A stretch of 32,000 nt of DNA. Origin: Desulfovibrio sp. GTDB taxonomy: Bacteria; Desulfobacterota; Desulfovibrionia; Desulfovibrionales; Desulfovibrionaceae. The position numbers were made by a program, and so were the translations under genes. The stretch is taken from contig NZ_JAGZUV010000003.1 in NCBI RefSeq assembly GCF_018379785.1, positions 1,584 through 33,583 on the forward strand, in the 5' to 3' direction. This document shows positions 18,681-26,521 of this stretch, piece after piece; within the stretch, counting starts at the first letter, position 1, and the number at the start of each line of letters is the position of its first letter. The notes under the pieces are model-generated. The model was not told the DNA's origin, did not search any database, and saw nothing but the letters and a program-made list of their open reading frames with translations.

Positions 18681-19004
18681 TTACCCTTTGTTCAGCATGT
18701 CCATTTGCGAAAGGACACGCTTTTCCACGATTTCTCCGGTGCAGGACAGAAAGGTGTCCAGACAACAGAGAGCAAGGCGGTAATAGATGTTTGTCCCTCT
18801 TTTTTCAGTGAAAACCACCCCCGCTTCCCGGAGTACGGAGAGATGCTTGGAAACAGTGGACATATCGTCCCCTACCAGAGCTTGCAGATCGCAGACGCAC
18901 TTTTCACCGTCTCGCAGGGCATCCACCATGAGCAGGCGGCTCGGATGACCAAGCGCCTTAAAAATCTTGGCTTGTTCCGAGATATACTTTTTGTACCGGT
19001 CCAT
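18681..19004 (-). CDS. arsR: ArsR-family transcriptional repressor
   Basis: IFKALGHPSRLLMVDALRDGEKCVCDLQALVGDDMSTVSKHLSVLREAGVVFTEKRGTNIYYRLA. Confidence 0.95.
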   Translation of the reverse strand: MDRYKKYISEQAKIFKALGHPSRLLMVDALRDGEKCVCDLQALVGDDMSTVSKHLSVLREAGVVFTEKRGTNIYYRLALCCLDTFLSCTGEIVEKRVLSQMDMLNKG

Positions 19005-19555
19005 GTTTTCATCCTTGGCTTTTCAGCAAAATAGCCACTTGAATTTCTCTTGTCAAGATTGAAAACCATCATTGCTCAATTTCGCCATTGTCTTGTACGG
19101 CAAACGGAAAACAGGGATTGAGTATAAGAATGTAGTTGCATTAATTAGATATGCTATATCGTATATATGGCAAAAGCTGTCTTACCCGGCTTGACTTATG
19201 TTGCATAATTCAGGACAAGAAGACAGTGGAATAGTTCTCTGTTTCACTTTTTTTAGAAAGTATATTTGGTAAAAATGCCAAATAGCCAATAAATTAAGAG
19301 GAATTTCTTCATAAATCGGGCGCTCGTTTGTGAAGAGCGCGGGGACTCTTTCCCGGCCGGGCCGGGCTGTTGCCCGCGAATCACGGAACAATGGCAAACT
19401 GAGGACGTACATCTTCGACGCACAACCCTGGTTGATGTTCGGAAGATTTACAGCGCTTTCAGCGACGGCTGCAATCTGACAGTCAACCCGGAGTATGCCT
19501 ACCGGCCGGATCGAGGGTAAGCCAGCGGACTGCCGAAACTCATGGGAGAGAAATT

Positions 19556-19768
19556 ATGAACTCTGCCGAACAGCGGTCGATCCGGGAATTTGAAGAAAAA
19601 GCCAAAGAACTTGTCAGCTTGATGTATGCTATGACAGAGGCGGAGCTTGAAAAAGTCCGCGTCCCCGACCTGTCGAATCCGTCAACGCGGAAGCATAAGG
19701 CGCTTATTGTGGCCGCACTTACGGTGGACAAGGCCATTATGGCATTCATCGCCACCTTTGAACTGTAG
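19556..19768 (+). CDS. Small hypothetical protein (70 aa)
   Basis: MNSAEQRSIREFEEKAKELVSLMYAMTEAELEKVRVPDLSNPSTRKHKALIVAALTVDKAIMAFIATFEL; GGGAGAG SD upstream; followed by hairpin. Confidence 0.65.
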   Translation: MNSAEQRSIREFEEKAKELVSLMYAMTEAELEKVRVPDLSNPSTRKHKALIVAALTVDKAIMAFIATFEL

Positions 19769-19774
19769 CTTATG

Positions 19775-19823
19775 AAAGTGGCCCGCATTCCCTGTCGGAA
19801 AGCGGGCCACTTTTACCGACAGG
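19775..19823 (+). terminator. Terminator-like hairpin interleaved with a second stem
   Basis: AAAGTGGCCCGC/GCGGGCCACTTT (19775-19786/19802-19813) + T; CCTGTCGG/CCGACAGG (19791-19798/19816-19823). Confidence 0.65.
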
Positions 19824-20127
19824 GGTGCGCGTGAACGCGCAAGGCCTGCGCCATCGTTAGCTTTCTTTCCCTTCCGTCTTGTGCAGCTTCGCCGGGCGTT
19901 CCGCCCGTACTCGCTTCCGCGCCGGACGGTCATTCCCGCTCATTCTGGCACGGGCCTTTCCCCTGTGCTTTCTTGTTTTCGCGTTGCCGTGTTTTGGAGC
20001 GGTTACCCGTGGGAGCTTCACTTGCTTGTGAAAGCCCTACGGAGCACCGCCATAAAGGTGGTCAACTCCAAAGGGAAAAACTCCCAGGAGTGGCGCAAAG
20101 GAAACTCAGAACATCATCACCGCGAAT

Positions 20128-20502
20128 ATGGTAACCGAAGAAGACCGCGTAGATTTTTTCCCCAAGCATTGCGCCCGAGCGTTTCTGATGTTTGAATCTC
20201 ATGTGTATAACTGGATGCGGCGGCTTTGCCCGAATTATGACGGCGTATTCTGGCAGTTTTACGAACTCAGCAACGGCGGTTTTTATATGGCCCCGGAAAC
20301 GGCTACGCCGGTTCGCATAGTCTGCGAGGGCAACTATTTTAATGAGGAAATGTCCGCCGACGCGGCGGGAATCGTCGTGACGCTGTTCACTTTGTCCCAT
20401 ATGGCGGAACGTGTGCCGAGTCTGGCGGATCGGTATTATGATTTGATGGAGTATATTGATTGCCACCCCGAAGCCGGGAAGATTTACGCCGCCATTGATT
20501 GA
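20128..20502 (+). CDS. klcA: Antirestriction protein, ArdB/KlcA family
   Basis: RVDFFPKHCARAFLMFESHVYNWMRRLCPNYDGVFWQFYELSNGGFYMAPE...VRIVCEGNYFNEEMSADAAGIVVTLFTLSHMAE; N-terminus may extend upstream. Confidence 0.88.
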   Translation: MVTEEDRVDFFPKHCARAFLMFESHVYNWMRRLCPNYDGVFWQFYELSNGGFYMAPETATPVRIVCEGNYFNEEMSADAAGIVVTLFTLSHMAERVPSLADRYYDLMEYIDCHPEAGKIYAAID

Positions 20503-20504
20503 CG

Positions 20505-20547
20505 GAAAGGCCCGCGTTCCGTTAGGGAGCGCGGGCCTTTCTGACGG
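20505..20547. terminator. Bidirectional terminator-like hairpin between klcA and convergent gene, with interleaved second stem
   Basis: GAAAGGCCCGCG/CGCGGGCCTTTC (20505-20516/20530-20541); CCGTTAG/CTGACGG (20519-20525/20541-20547). Confidence 0.7.
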
Positions 20548-20790
20548 TCAGCGATTTTTATTCGATTGAGAAAGGACTGACCCTGCTAAGGATTGCGTGG
20601 TGTCGGCATACTTGTCACTTTGAAGCACCCTAGAGGCCAATGCTTCCATATCTGCGCCTGTTTCTTTTCCACTTGCAGCTTGTGACAGAACAGAACCGGC
20701 GAGAGTTTTCTGAACTTTGGACGCTCCTTTGTCTCGCAAAACTTCCGATGCTAAACTGGCCATTTCTTCACTAGAGACTTTCTTGTTCAT
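20548..20790 (-). CDS. Small hypothetical protein made of two tandem ~28-aa repeats
   Basis: Repeats MASLASEVLRDKGASKVQKTLAGSVLSQ and MEALASRVLQSDKYADTTQSLAGSVLSQ; SD GGAGGT before MNKK start at 20790. Confidence 0.75.
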   Translation of the reverse strand: MNKKVSSEEMASLASEVLRDKGASKVQKTLAGSVLSQAASGKETGADMEALASRVLQSDKYADTTQSLAGSVLSQSNKNR

Positions 20791-20906
20791 AGATACCTCC
20801 AAATATAGATATTTTTATAGAATAATTTCTAAAGATTGGAGGTCAAGAATAGGAAATCAATTTTTGGTGATATTCCCCAAAAAAATTCTGGAACCACAAT
20901 TAGGTA

Positions 20907-22868
20907 TTATACAGGTTTGCTGTCTTTCACCTCATACTTGGCTTTACATTTCGGGAAGCCGGAGCAGCCGAAGAAATCATACGGCTTACCATTTTGGGTC
21001 GTCCCCATGCGACGGATCAGAGGCTTGCCGCATTCCCCGCATTTGTATTCCGACAGTTCCGGCTTTTTCCGATCCTGTTTCGGGCCAGGCTTGCCGTCCA
21101 CATTCGGAAACGTGGCTTCACAGTCGGGACAGGCGAAGAAGTCATAGCCGCGCACATTTTTTGTGTCCTCTTTGACTATATGCCGCAGTTTGGGGCTTTG
21201 GCACTCTGGGCAGAGCACGGCATGTGCTGAGTCAAAGCGCGTCACCTCATCCATCAGCCGATTGAAAGCCGTAGCGACAACTTGCTGATATTTCGTCTTG
21301 CCGCTGGCAATATCATCAAGCGCCTGTTCCATTTCTTTGGTGAACGCATAATCAACGAAGGAAAACGCATTCACCAGGGCATCCACCACCTGTACCCCCA
21401 AGGGAGTAGGCACCAGATAGCGTTTTTCTTCTTTGATGTATTCACGGGTTTGGATAGTGTCCAAAATGGCCGCGAACGTAGACGGACGGCCTATTCCTCT
21501 ATTTTCCAATTCCCGCACCAGACTCGCCAGCGTGTAGCGCGTGGGCGGCTTTGTCTTTTTCGTCAGGACACGGCCGGAAAGCGCCGTGACCTGTGCGCCG
21601 GATTGCAGCGCCGGGACGGGATTGTCCGGCTCGTCTTCCGCGTCGTCTTTGGTGGCCTCATCCGCAGCCAGAAGCACTTTCCACCCTTGTTCCTGTAGGG
21701 TCCGGCCTTTGGCCTCAAACGTGGCTTGTTTGCCGTCCACATCCGCAGATAGCCGGAGCAGGCGCACGGCGTAGACGGAATCCGCCAACTGTGATGCCAG
21801 GGCGCGAACGCGGATCAGCCGGTATAGGGCTTTTTCATCGGCCGTTTCCCCGGCGTCTTCCTCTTCTATATGAGTAGGCCGGATCGCCTCATGCGCCTCT
21901 TGTGCCCCGTCTTTGGCCTTCCAGGTACGCGGCTTGTCCGGCAGCGGCCAGCCTTGCCCATCGGCATAGGCGCGGATCACCGCTACGGCCTCTTGCGAGA
22001 GATTAGGAGAATCCGTCCGCATATAGGTAATGTGGCCTTGCTCATAGAGGGCTTGCGCCAGAGACATAGTTTGTTTCGGTTTGAATTTTAGGGCATTGCT
22101 GGCGGCCTGTTGCAGGCTGGACGTTGTGAACGGAGTCGGAGGCGCGACGCGGGCTTCCGATTCTTCACAGTCCAGGATTTCCAAGGAGCGCAGGCCCGCC
22201 ATTTTTTCTGCCAGGGCTTGATCCTGAAAATATTCTTGTCCCGGCTCAATCCACGACTTGACCACCCAGGCCGCTTTCCAGCCCTCAAAGCTCAGTTCCG
22301 CCCCGTAATGCGTGACACTCACAAAGGAAGTGATTGCCCGTTCCCGTTCGACCACCAACCGTAAGGCCGGACTCTGGACGCGCCCGGCAGAAAGGCGCGT
22401 ACCCACGGCGCGGGAGAGCGGGCCGGACACCAGATACCCGCAAAAGCGATCCAGAACGCGCCGCCCCTCTTGCGCGGCCACCAAAGCCATATCAATGGCG
22501 CGGGGACTCTGGACAGCGGCCTTGACCGCGCTTTCCGTGATTTCTCCATAGGTGACGCGCTTTGCGTCCTTCAGTTTCAGGGCATCGGCCACATGCCACG
22601 CGATAGCTTCCCCTTCTCTATCCGGGTCCGTGGCCAGATAAACAACATCGGCCTGTTTTGCCAGCGCCCCTAGCCGTTTCAACACATCCGCCCCGCGCTC
22701 CGTGGGCTGATAGTGCGGCTTGAAATCCGGTGCGGCCACGCCCATTTCCTTGACCGGCAGATCGCGGACATGCCCGACAGAAGCAACCACTTTCCAATCC
22801 GGGCCAAGGAACGACTGTACTTTTTTCACCTTGCCGGGAGACTCAAGAATCAACAATTTCGCGCACAT
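20907..22868 (-). CDS. topA: Accessory type IA DNA topoisomerase I with C-terminal zinc ribbons
   Basis: KLLILESPGKVKKVQSFLG...YLATDPDREGEAIAWH...GHITYMRTDSPNLS...RELENRGIGRPSTFAAIL...CPECQ...CPDCEATFP...CGECGKPL...CSGFPKC. Confidence 0.94.
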   Translation of the reverse strand: MCAKLLILESPGKVKKVQSFLGPDWKVVASVGHVRDLPVKEMGVAAPDFKPHYQPTERGADVLKRLGALAKQADVVYLATDPDREGEAIAWHVADALKLKDAKRVTYGEITESAVKAAVQSPRAIDMALVAAQEGRRVLDRFCGYLVSGPLSRAVGTRLSAGRVQSPALRLVVERERAITSFVSVTHYGAELSFEGWKAAWVVKSWIEPGQEYFQDQALAEKMAGLRSLEILDCEESEARVAPPTPFTTSSLQQAASNALKFKPKQTMSLAQALYEQGHITYMRTDSPNLSQEAVAVIRAYADGQGWPLPDKPRTWKAKDGAQEAHEAIRPTHIEEEDAGETADEKALYRLIRVRALASQLADSVYAVRLLRLSADVDGKQATFEAKGRTLQEQGWKVLLAADEATKDDAEDEPDNPVPALQSGAQVTALSGRVLTKKTKPPTRYTLASLVRELENRGIGRPSTFAAILDTIQTREYIKEEKRYLVPTPLGVQVVDALVNAFSFVDYAFTKEMEQALDDIASGKTKYQQVVATAFNRLMDEVTRFDSAHAVLCPECQSPKLRHIVKEDTKNVRGYDFFACPDCEATFPNVDGKPGPKQDRKKPELSEYKCGECGKPLIRRMGTTQNGKPYDFFGCSGFPKCKAKYEVKDSKPV

Positions 22869-23358
22869 GACTTTTCCTTAAAAGGCCGTCAGGCGGCGCG
22901 AGGTTGGGGCGCGTGTCCCGCAGAAATTGTAGGCTTGGGTTATTAAAGACGACAATAGCACTGGGAAACGGTGCGGGATGTGCCGCGCCCTCGAAGCGTA
23001 TCCGTCCCCGCAGAAACCGCACAGCGCCATGCGGAATAACAAAGGTATGCCACCATGCGGTATCTGTCCGCGCGGGGAGAAGACAAACAACACGCCTGAC
23101 CCCGGCTGTGTTCACCTCCACAACCGCTTTGGCGATCCAGTGCGAAATAGCACGTCCATATGGCGGGTTCATCCAGCAAACACCGCTCCAATTTTGAGAG
23201 AGTCCGTCGTCTTTCGGGGAAAAGAAATGCCCACATTTGGCATTTTCGGCTGTGGCACACACGTCCAGCGTGAATGGGCCTTGCAGTGTGTCCCATTGCC
23301 GGAAAAGCGTCCAAGGTGTTGCCCAATCGGTTTTACGGCTGGAAAAATGCACGTTCAT
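22843..23358 (-). CDS. Phage-type DNA N-6-adenine methyltransferase
   Basis: MNVHFSSRKTDWATPWTLF...FTLDVCATAENAKCGHFFSPKDDGLSQNWSGVCWMNPPYG (NPPY catalytic motif). Confidence 0.87.
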   Translation of the reverse strand: MNVHFSSRKTDWATPWTLFRQWDTLQGPFTLDVCATAENAKCGHFFSPKDDGLSQNWSGVCWMNPPYGRAISHWIAKAVVEVNTAGVRRVVCLLPARTDTAWWHTFVIPHGAVRFLRGRIRFEGAAHPAPFPSAIVVFNNPSLQFLRDTRPNLAPPDGLLRKSHVREIVDS

Positions 23359-25754
23359 AAAGACAGTTCCCGTGTCTTTCCCTGATCATGGAGAAGGGAT
23401 AGGCCGACTTGTTTTTGTACTTCCTTAATCCCCCGCGACTTGTGCAGATCGTTGAAATCCGTCAAGCCTTTTGCCTTTTCCTCCTCATTGAACACCGGAG
23501 CCGCCACTTTGCCGCCCACGGCTAGGGCGGCGGCTTTGGCTTTTTCCATACCCACGTTGTAAGGTTTGCCGTTCCGTTTGAGCGCGTGATCGTTATCCGC
23601 GCAAATGGTGATTTGCGCTTGCGGGAATTTTTCCCGCAGGGCTTTGGCCACGGGTTCCAGGTTGCCGGAATCCAACGCCACGGCCACCGTTTTTTCCGTG
23701 GCCATGTGCAAACTTGCACCCGTGGCGTAGCCTTCGCAGATCAGGATTTCCCCTTGCGAGAAGTCTTTGCCTTCCGCCGCTATGGTATGAAAATTTCCCT
23801 TTTTTTCCATGCCGACTTTGAAACGCTTTTCCCCTTCCGGCGAAATAGATTGAAAGCCGCGCAGCTCATCCGCAGTATTCCGCAGAGGGACCGCCAGAAA
23901 ACCATTTTGATCTTGTCGCAGGCCAAAGGACGGCACTCCCTTTTCCTTGAGATAGTGAGCATCCGGCGAAGCCGATTCCAGTTTGTCCCACAAGTCCCGG
24001 CATTCTTTCGCTACCGCGTTTCGAGACTCCCGCATACTCTGTTCCCGCTCTTCCCGTTGCTGCTCCATTGCCGCCCGCCGTTCCGCCGATTCTTCCGGCG
24101 TCATGACATGGCCTGTTGCTGACCAGTGCAACACTTCCCCGGTAATATGGTTTTGTGCCCATCCGGCCGGGAGATGATCCAGATAGCCGCAATAGGCACC
24201 GTCAGCCCGTCCGGGGTTGGCCAGTTTGCCGAGCAGCGGGACGCGGTGAATTTTTCCATCCATGACGGGTTCCCGTCCCTGCATATCAAAGCCCGCCTCG
24301 TCCAGCATCCGGGCAAATTCGGCTTCTGGCGACAACCCCGGCACACGCACGGGACTCTTACCCGGTTCCGGCAGCCAACGAGAAAGCGCCCCCTGGTCCG
24401 CGCCTTCCGGGGCGAACCAACATTTTTCCGACCGGTCCCACTTTGCGCCCAGACGTTTGGCCTGTTCCTTTTCCCGAAACGGCACAACCAACCAAACTTT
24501 TTCCGCAGCCGTTTTCCGCGCCGGTTCCGGTACGCCCATTGCCGCCACGGGTTCCGGGGAAGCAGGTTCCGGCGCTTTACCCCGCGCATGTTCCGGCAGC
24601 CATGCGGCCAGTTTGGCTAAATCCGCCCCTTTTGGCGCATACCAACTTTTTTCCGTGGTATCCCATTTCGCGCCCAGGCTTTTGGCCTGTTCCTTTTCGC
24701 GGTATGGCACAGACAACCAAGTTTTTTCCGGGGCTGGACGTGACGGCGCGGATTGTTCCTGCGCCCCATCCGGCGTTCCCATAGCCGCTATGGGTTCCGG
24801 CGTATCGGGCCGCTCGACTTCCGGCGTTTTGACGCGCTCGTCTCCAAGTTCCTTGTCCCGTTCCAGTCCCAGGACGTATTCCTTGATTTGTTCGGCATCC
24901 CGGCAAGCCCGCATGATTTCAGAAGGGTCTTCCTCAAGGGCTTTGATCCAGGAGGCGACATAGGCCACATGCTGATCAGGATCGTGGCGGACGCCTATGT
25001 CTTGTCCGAGCATCCATGAAGCGATTTCCGCCCGCAACTCTTCCTTGGCGTAAGGTTCTGAGCCGAACGGTCCACCTTCCCGATTCAGGCGGGATTCATG
25101 GCCTGTCCAGTGACCAAGCTCATGTAGCGCTGTGGCGTAATACTTGCCCGGTTCGTCAAAATTCACTTTGGGCGGGAGGTGGATTTCATCCATCAAAGGC
25201 CGGTAAAAGGCACGATTGCTTTGATCGTGTTTGATGGTCGAGCCGGAGGCAGCCAGGATGCTTTCCGCCTTTTCCAGCGGTTCCCATTTATGGGGATTTT
25301 TCGTCAACGAGAGCGGCGGCAAGTCCCCGTCTATCTGTTCCGCATTGAAAACATGGGCGAAACGCACAATAGGCCGATCCAGATAGACATGGACCTTTTC
25401 CGGCTTGCCGTCTTCCCCCAGGACCGGATTGCCGTCCTCATCCATTTTATCTTTTTCCCGCGTCCACTGATAAAACACCACGGGCGTGGATTTACTCCCG
25501 GCCTGGACCTGATACCCCGCCTCTTGTGCCTGTTTATATGTCATCCACCGGGGATCGTCATAGCCGGACAAAGCCAACCCAACCCGGTTCACCCCCCTGT
25601 AAACCGTGCCGGAAACGGGATTATGCGGCGCAACGATTTGCCCGCCGTCTTCCCAAGGTTTTTGCCAAGGCGCGGTCCCTTCTTTCAGGCGTTCTATGAT
25701 TTTTTCCGCAAACTCTACATGGAACGGGGGACGTTTGGGCTTGTCATCCTTCAT
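23355..25754 (-). CDS. Multidomain protein: ArdC-like ssDNA-binding N-terminus, zincin metallopeptidase, two DUF5710 modules, TOPRIM domain
   Basis: ERLKEGTAPWQKPW...NPVSGTVYRGVN; ATALHELGHWTGHESRL; tandem KTWLSVPYREKEQAKSLGAKWDTTEKSWYAPKG / KVWLVVPFREKEQAKRLGAKWDRSEKCWFAPEG; ILICEGYATGASLHMA...ITICADNDH. Confidence 0.88.
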   Translation of the reverse strand: MKDDKPKRPPFHVEFAEKIIERLKEGTAPWQKPWEDGGQIVAPHNPVSGTVYRGVNRVGLALSGYDDPRWMTYKQAQEAGYQVQAGSKSTPVVFYQWTREKDKMDEDGNPVLGEDGKPEKVHVYLDRPIVRFAHVFNAEQIDGDLPPLSLTKNPHKWEPLEKAESILAASGSTIKHDQSNRAFYRPLMDEIHLPPKVNFDEPGKYYATALHELGHWTGHESRLNREGGPFGSEPYAKEELRAEIASWMLGQDIGVRHDPDQHVAYVASWIKALEEDPSEIMRACRDAEQIKEYVLGLERDKELGDERVKTPEVERPDTPEPIAAMGTPDGAQEQSAPSRPAPEKTWLSVPYREKEQAKSLGAKWDTTEKSWYAPKGADLAKLAAWLPEHARGKAPEPASPEPVAAMGVPEPARKTAAEKVWLVVPFREKEQAKRLGAKWDRSEKCWFAPEGADQGALSRWLPEPGKSPVRVPGLSPEAEFARMLDEAGFDMQGREPVMDGKIHRVPLLGKLANPGRADGAYCGYLDHLPAGWAQNHITGEVLHWSATGHVMTPEESAERRAAMEQQREEREQSMRESRNAVAKECRDLWDKLESASPDAHYLKEKGVPSFGLRQDQNGFLAVPLRNTADELRGFQSISPEGEKRFKVGMEKKGNFHTIAAEGKDFSQGEILICEGYATGASLHMATEKTVAVALDSGNLEPVAKALREKFPQAQITICADNDHALKRNGKPYNVGMEKAKAAALAVGGKVAAPVFNEEEKAKGLTDFNDLHKSRGIKEVQKQVGLSLLHDQGKTRELSL

Positions 25755-25956
25755 AGACTACATCCCCCTGAGCGTTGACGCTCAAAAGAACATCGTCCGC
25801 AAGATCGGCCAGCGTCACGGCGGATTCCGTGAACGCGCCCATCCAGTCGGCCACGTCAGGATCGACGGCCACGCCACCCCAAAGCGGATTGTCCGTCACC
25901 TGTTGCGCCACCACATTGACGGCGGCTTTCAAGTAGTCTTTTTCCTTGTCAGTCAT
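25744..25956 (-). CDS. Small conserved hypothetical protein
   Basis: MTDKEKDYLKAAVNVVAQQVTDNPLWGGVAVDPDVADWMGAFTESAVTLADLADDVLLSV...; start at 25956, overlaps neighbours in operon. Confidence 0.65.
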   Translation of the reverse strand: MTDKEKDYLKAAVNVVAQQVTDNPLWGGVAVDPDVADWMGAFTESAVTLADLADDVLLSVNAQGDVVYEG

Positions 25957-26521
25957 GATTCTTCTCCTTTGGAGTCCAGACAAAAACCGGCACCGTGCGC
26001 CGGAGCGAGTCCAGCGGCACAAGGCCGAAATAACGGCTATCGAAACTGCCGGGATGTTCGCCCAGGACCAGGGCAGACCCCGCCGGAATGACGCCGGAGG
26101 TCAGCGCGGAAACCACCGGCCGCCCGTGCCGGTCCACAGTCTTGATCCGGCTTTCCAGCCACAGGCAGGCCACGGGAGAACCGGCAGGCGTAACGCGGAT
26201 TCCGTCCCGGTCCACCTGGATCAGATCACCGGGCAGCCCGGCCAAGCGTTTGAGCAAAGGCCGCAGCCCGGAAGGACAGGAACCAGGTTTGAGGTAGCCA
26301 CGTTCCGCCGCCAGATCGGCAAACGGCCCGGACAGACAGATCGCCACAGGCTCGCCGCGTTGCGGAGTGCCGGCCGCAAGCCGGTACAAGCCCACCGGGA
26401 GGGACGGCGTGGGATTGCAACGGTAGCCCGCACCCCAGGCCCACAAACACAGCAGGATCAGCGCCGCCCCGGACAGCGCCAGCGTGGCCAGCCGGTTAGG
26501 ACGCATCGAGATAACGGGCAT
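25949..26521 (-). CDS. traF: Conjugative transfer signal peptidase TraF (S26)
   Basis: GYRCNPTPSLPVGLYRLA...LLKRLAGLPGDLIQV...LGEHPGSFDSRYFGLVP. Confidence 0.9.
   Translation of the reverse strand: MPVISMRPNRLATLALSGAALILLCLWAWGAGYRCNPTPSLPVGLYRLAAGTPQRGEPVAICLSGPFADLAAERGYLKPGSCPSGLRPLLKRLAGLPGDLIQVDRDGIRVTPAGSPVACLWLESRIKTVDRHGRPVVSALTSGVIPAGSALVLGEHPGSFDSRYFGLVPLDSLRRTVPVFVWTPKEKNHD

Noticed and set aside
19290-19520. ATG-less open frame reading ...RITEQWQTEDVHLRRTTLVDVRKIYSAFSDGCNLTVNPEYAYRPDRG*
   Set aside because: Looks somewhat protein-like and may be a gene remnant, but no canonical start or ribosome site and no family I recognise; not called.
19881-20195. 104-aa plus-strand ORF upstream of and overlapping klcA
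   Set aside because: Out of frame with klcA, Arg/His-rich, no Shine-Dalgarno; region is better explained as a leader.
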